From the NCBI GenBank assembly GCA_963779415.1, contig CAVZYA010000002.1, positions 928,001-992,000 on the forward strand: a DNA stretch of 64,000 bases. The letters are read 5' to 3'. Source of the stretch: an uncultured Acidobacteriota bacterium (GTDB lineage Bacteria; Acidobacteriota; Thermoanaerobaculia; UBA5066). The notes beneath the pieces are model-generated. The model was not told where the DNA came from and searched no databases. It was given only the letters and a program-made list of their open reading frames with translations. Below are positions 61,262 through 64,000 of this stretch, piece after piece. The first letter of the stretch is position 1. The number at the start of each line of letters is the position of its first letter. Made by a program: the position numbers and the translations under genes.

Positions 61262-61648
61262 ATGGCAGAGGAACCGCAGGATCCGCTCCGGCTCCGCGAG
61301 ATCGCCGAAGGGCTCGGCCTCCCGGCGGCGAGGCGGCACATCGTTCTCTGCTCCGACGCGACGAAGCCGAATTGCTGCGAGAGGGAACGGAGCCTCGTTG
61401 CCTGGGACTACCTGAAATCGCGTCTCCGCGAGCTGGGCCTCTCGGAGGGGGGCGGGATCGCCCGGACGAAAGCAAACTGCCTCCGGATCTGCGCGGGAGG
61501 ACCGATCGCGGTCGTCTACCCGGAGGGCGTCTGGTACCGGGCGTGTGACCCGCCGGTTCTCGAACGGATCATCCGCGAGCACCTCGTCGGCGGATCTCCG
61601 GTCGCCGAGTTCGTGATCGCCGCGCGGCCGCTCGGCGGAGATGCATGA
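61262..61648 (+). CDS. Thioredoxin-like [2Fe-2S] ferredoxin
   Basis: [27 protein letters not shown]. Confidence 0.88.
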   Translation: MAEEPQDPLRLREIAEGLGLPAARRHIVLCSDATKPNCCERERSLVAWDYLKSRLRELGLSEGGGIARTKANCLRICAGGPIAVVYPEGVWYRACDPPVLERIIREHLVGGSPVAEFVIAARPLGGDA

Positions 61649-61748
61649 GGCCTCCCGCCGGATCCGGGCGGGCCTTCGCTCGCCGTATCTTCGCCTCCGG
61701 GGCCGGAGTGGAATAAGCTCTTTCTGTCGTTTGTCCGGAGGTTTCGCC

Positions 61749-62915
61749 ATGAAGAAGAAGATAGTCCTTCCGCTCGCCCTCGCCGCCCTTCTCTCGCCGG
61801 GCTGCGGTCCCAAAGGAGAGCTTCCCGCGATCCAGATCGGCCTGATCGCGGAGCTGACCGGGCCCCTTTCCGTCATTGGCGCGTCGTGCCGGAGCGCGGC
61901 CGAGATGAAGGTCGCCCAGATCGGTGAAAAGGGCGGCATCGACGTGGGCGGGAAGAAGTACAACCTGAAGCTCGTCATCGCCGACAGCCAGAGCACCCCC
62001 GAGGGGGCGCTCGCCGCCGCACAGGGCCTCGTCAAGGAGGACGCGGTCGTCGGGCTGATCGGGCCGAACGCGAGCCTCGAGGCCGTTCCCGTGGCCGATG
62101 CCGCCGAAGAGGCGAAAGTGCCGATGATCACGCCGTGGTCCACGGCCCCGAAAACGACGATCGACGCGAAGACCGGCCAGCCGAAGCAGTGGGTATTCCG
62201 GGCCTGCTTCACGGACGCCTGGCAGGGCGAGGTTCTCGCGAAGTTCGCCGACGGCTACGTCAAGGCGAAGAAGGCGGCCGTTCTGTTCGACCCGAGCTCG
62301 GAAGCGCCGAAGATCCAGGCCGAGCTGTTCCGGCAGGACTTCGAGAAGGCGGGGGGGAAGGTCGTCGCTTACGAGACCTACACGAGCGGCGACAAGGACT
62401 TCTCGGCGGTCTTCGCGAGGATCAAGAAGGCCGCGCCCGACGTCGTCTTCCTCTCCGGCTACTACAACGACGTTGCCCTCCAGCTCGCGCAGGCTCACGC
62501 GGCGGGGATCACGGTCCCCTTCCTCGGCAGTGACAACTGGGGGACGTCGGACTTCGTGAAGCTCGCGGGGAAGGAAGCCGAGGGCTCCTTCTACAGCGCC
62601 CACTACAACCCGGACCGCCGGAACGAGATCACCGGTGCCTTCGTCATCAGCTACAAGAAGAGTCATGCCGACGCCGTGCCGGACGACGTGGCGGCCCTCA
62701 CCTACGACGCGTTCGGGCTCTTCGTCGAGGCGCTGCAGAAGGCCGGCAATCCGAGCCGGCAGGCCGTCCGCGACGCGCTCGCCGGGATCCGGGAGTACGA
62801 CGGAGTGACCGGCAAGTTCCGGTTCGCCGAAGGCTCCCGTGACCCGGTGAAGACGACCGTGATGTTCAAGGTGGAAGGGGGAAAACCCTCCTTCGTCACG
62901 AACATCGAGCCGTAA
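61749..62915 (+). CDS. Branched-chain amino acid ABC transporter substrate-binding lipoprotein (LivJ/K-like)
   Basis: GGAGG SD, lipobox LSPGC, ELTGP, FRACFTD, DKDFS and YDA; no permease or ATPase adjacent. Confidence 0.88.
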   Translation: MKKKIVLPLALAALLSPGCGPKGELPAIQIGLIAELTGPLSVIGASCRSAAEMKVAQIGEKGGIDVGGKKYNLKLVIADSQSTPEGALAAAQGLVKEDAVVGLIGPNASLEAVPVADAAEEAKVPMITPWSTAPKTTIDAKTGQPKQWVFRACFTDAWQGEVLAKFADGYVKAKKAAVLFDPSSEAPKIQAELFRQDFEKAGGKVVAYETYTSGDKDFSAVFARIKKAAPDVVFLSGYYNDVALQLAQAHAAGITVPFLGSDNWGTSDFVKLAGKEAEGSFYSAHYNPDRRNEITGAFVISYKKSHADAVPDDVAALTYDAFGLFVEALQKAGNPSRQAVRDALAGIREYDGVTGKFRFAEGSRDPVKTTVMFKVEGGKPSFVTNIEP

Positions 62916-62928
62916 GGGAGGAGGAACG

Positions 62929-63999
62929 TCAGCCGGCCGCGGCCTCGCGCGCCGCGGCCGCGAGATCCTCGAGCGCGGCGTCGACCCGGTCCCGGTGGGT
63001 CCGGAACGAAAGGACGCAGATCCGGAGGAGACTCTTCCCCTTCGTCGTCGTCGCCGTCAGGTGGACCCGGCCGCGGGCGTTGACGGTGTCGAGGATCCGG
63101 CGGTTCAGGGTCTCGATCGCGGCCTCCCCGACTCCCCTCGGCGCGAACCGGAACGCGAGGAGTGAGAGCTCCGGCGGCGCGACGATCTCGACGTCCGGGT
63201 GCCTTGCCAGCTCGCGCGCCGCGTACGACGCGAGGTCCAGCTTCTCGTCGAGGTTCCGGCGGAACGGGCCGAGGCCGTACATCTTGAGCGGGAGCCAGGC
63301 GGCGAGACCGCGAAAGGGGCGCGACAGCTCCGGCGAGATCCTGCAAAAGTCGACAGAGTCGGCGTCGCTCTGCATCCCGGGCAGGTATTCGCCTCCGGCC
63401 CCGTGTGCCCGCCGGAGGGTCGCGGCGTCACGGACGAGGAGGCAGCCCGAGCCGTACGGGAGGAAGAGCCCCTTGTGAGGGTCGAGGACGATCGAGTCGG
63501 CCCGCTCGATCCCGGCCATGGTCCGCTTTCCGCGCTCCGTCAGGACGAAGAAGCCCCCGTACGCGGCGTCGACGTGAAACCAGAGGCGCTCGCGCTCGCA
63601 GATTCCGGCGAGAGCCGCGAGGTCGTCCACGGCGCCCGTATTCGTCGTCCCCGCATTCCCGACGACGAGGAAGGGAGAGAGCCCCTTGCGCCGGTCCCCG
63701 GTGACCGCCTCTTCGAGAAGGTCGAGGCGGATCCGGAACGCGTCGTCCGACGGAATCTCCCGGACGCTCCGCGCGGGAAATCCGGAGAGGGCGGCCGCCT
63801 TGGCGACGCAGTGGTGCGTCTGGTCGCTGGCGTAGAGGACGCCCCGGAGGAACTCCTCGGGAAGGCGGTCGCGGCGCGCCGCGACGATCGCGGAGAAGTT
63901 CGCGAGCGAGCCGCCGCTCGCGAAAAAGCCCCCGGCTCCTTCGGGGAAGCCGACGAGGCGGGCAAACCACCGAAGGACGTTCGTCTCGAGCTGGACGAG
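62929..63999 (-). CDS. Group II PLP-dependent amino acid decarboxylase (5' end beyond window)
   Basis: SGGSLAN, GTTNTGAVD, WFHVDAAYGG and DPHK; frame is open to the window edge. Confidence 0.9.
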   Translation of the reverse strand, partial: LVQLETNVLRWFARLVGFPEGAGGFFASGGSLANFSAIVAARRDRLPEEFLRGVLYASDQTHHCVAKAAALSGFPARSVREIPSDDAFRIRLDLLEEAVTGDRRKGLSPFLVVGNAGTTNTGAVDDLAALAGICERERLWFHVDAAYGGFFVLTERGKRTMAGIERADSIVLDPHKGLFLPYGSGCLLVRDAATLRRAHGAGGEYLPGMQSDADSVDFCRISPELSRPFRGLAAWLPLKMYGLGPFRRNLDEKLDLASYAARELARHPDVEIVAPPELSLLAFRFAPRGVGEAAIETLNRRILDTVNARGRVHLTATTTKGKSLLRICVLSFRTHRDRVDAALEDLAAAAREAAAG

Positions 64000-64000
64000 G

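Overview
A gene-dense, very GC-rich bacterial chromosomal window with about 45 CDS. I could not support any rRNA, tRNA or CRISPR array. The gene content (Hanks kinase-TonB fusion, FHA-bEBP, paired M16 and M1/M28 peptidases, TonB receptor) suggests a diderm host, possibly Acidobacteriota, but that is inference only. Housekeeping and metabolic genes include nifJ with a DHODH-like partner, htpX-terC, smc, ligA and ppk1. Scattered single-base indels look like long-read consensus errors and are very dense at 38.4-44.3 kb. The best candidate for an undescribed system is an operon at 34.8-45.2 kb: acyl-CoA dehydrogenase, an ~8 kb iterative type I PKS/FAS (KS-AT-KS-ACP-ACP-KR-DH) and an Sfp-type PPTase. 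Both KS domains keep Cys-His-His. Both ACPs carry Thr (GVDTVK, encoded by two different Thr codons) at the canonical phosphopantetheinyl-Ser position. Other notable signals are a recurrent leaderless-promoter pattern (TAnnnT, 6 nt, start codon, no SD), a cytochrome-c-fused cytochrome bd-like two-subunit oxidoreductase, a GAFTGA-less FHA-bEBP, an ACP-less KS/CLF/thioesterase trio coupled to M16 peptidases, an AT-richer cassette-like lipoprotein insertion, and two type II TA loci.
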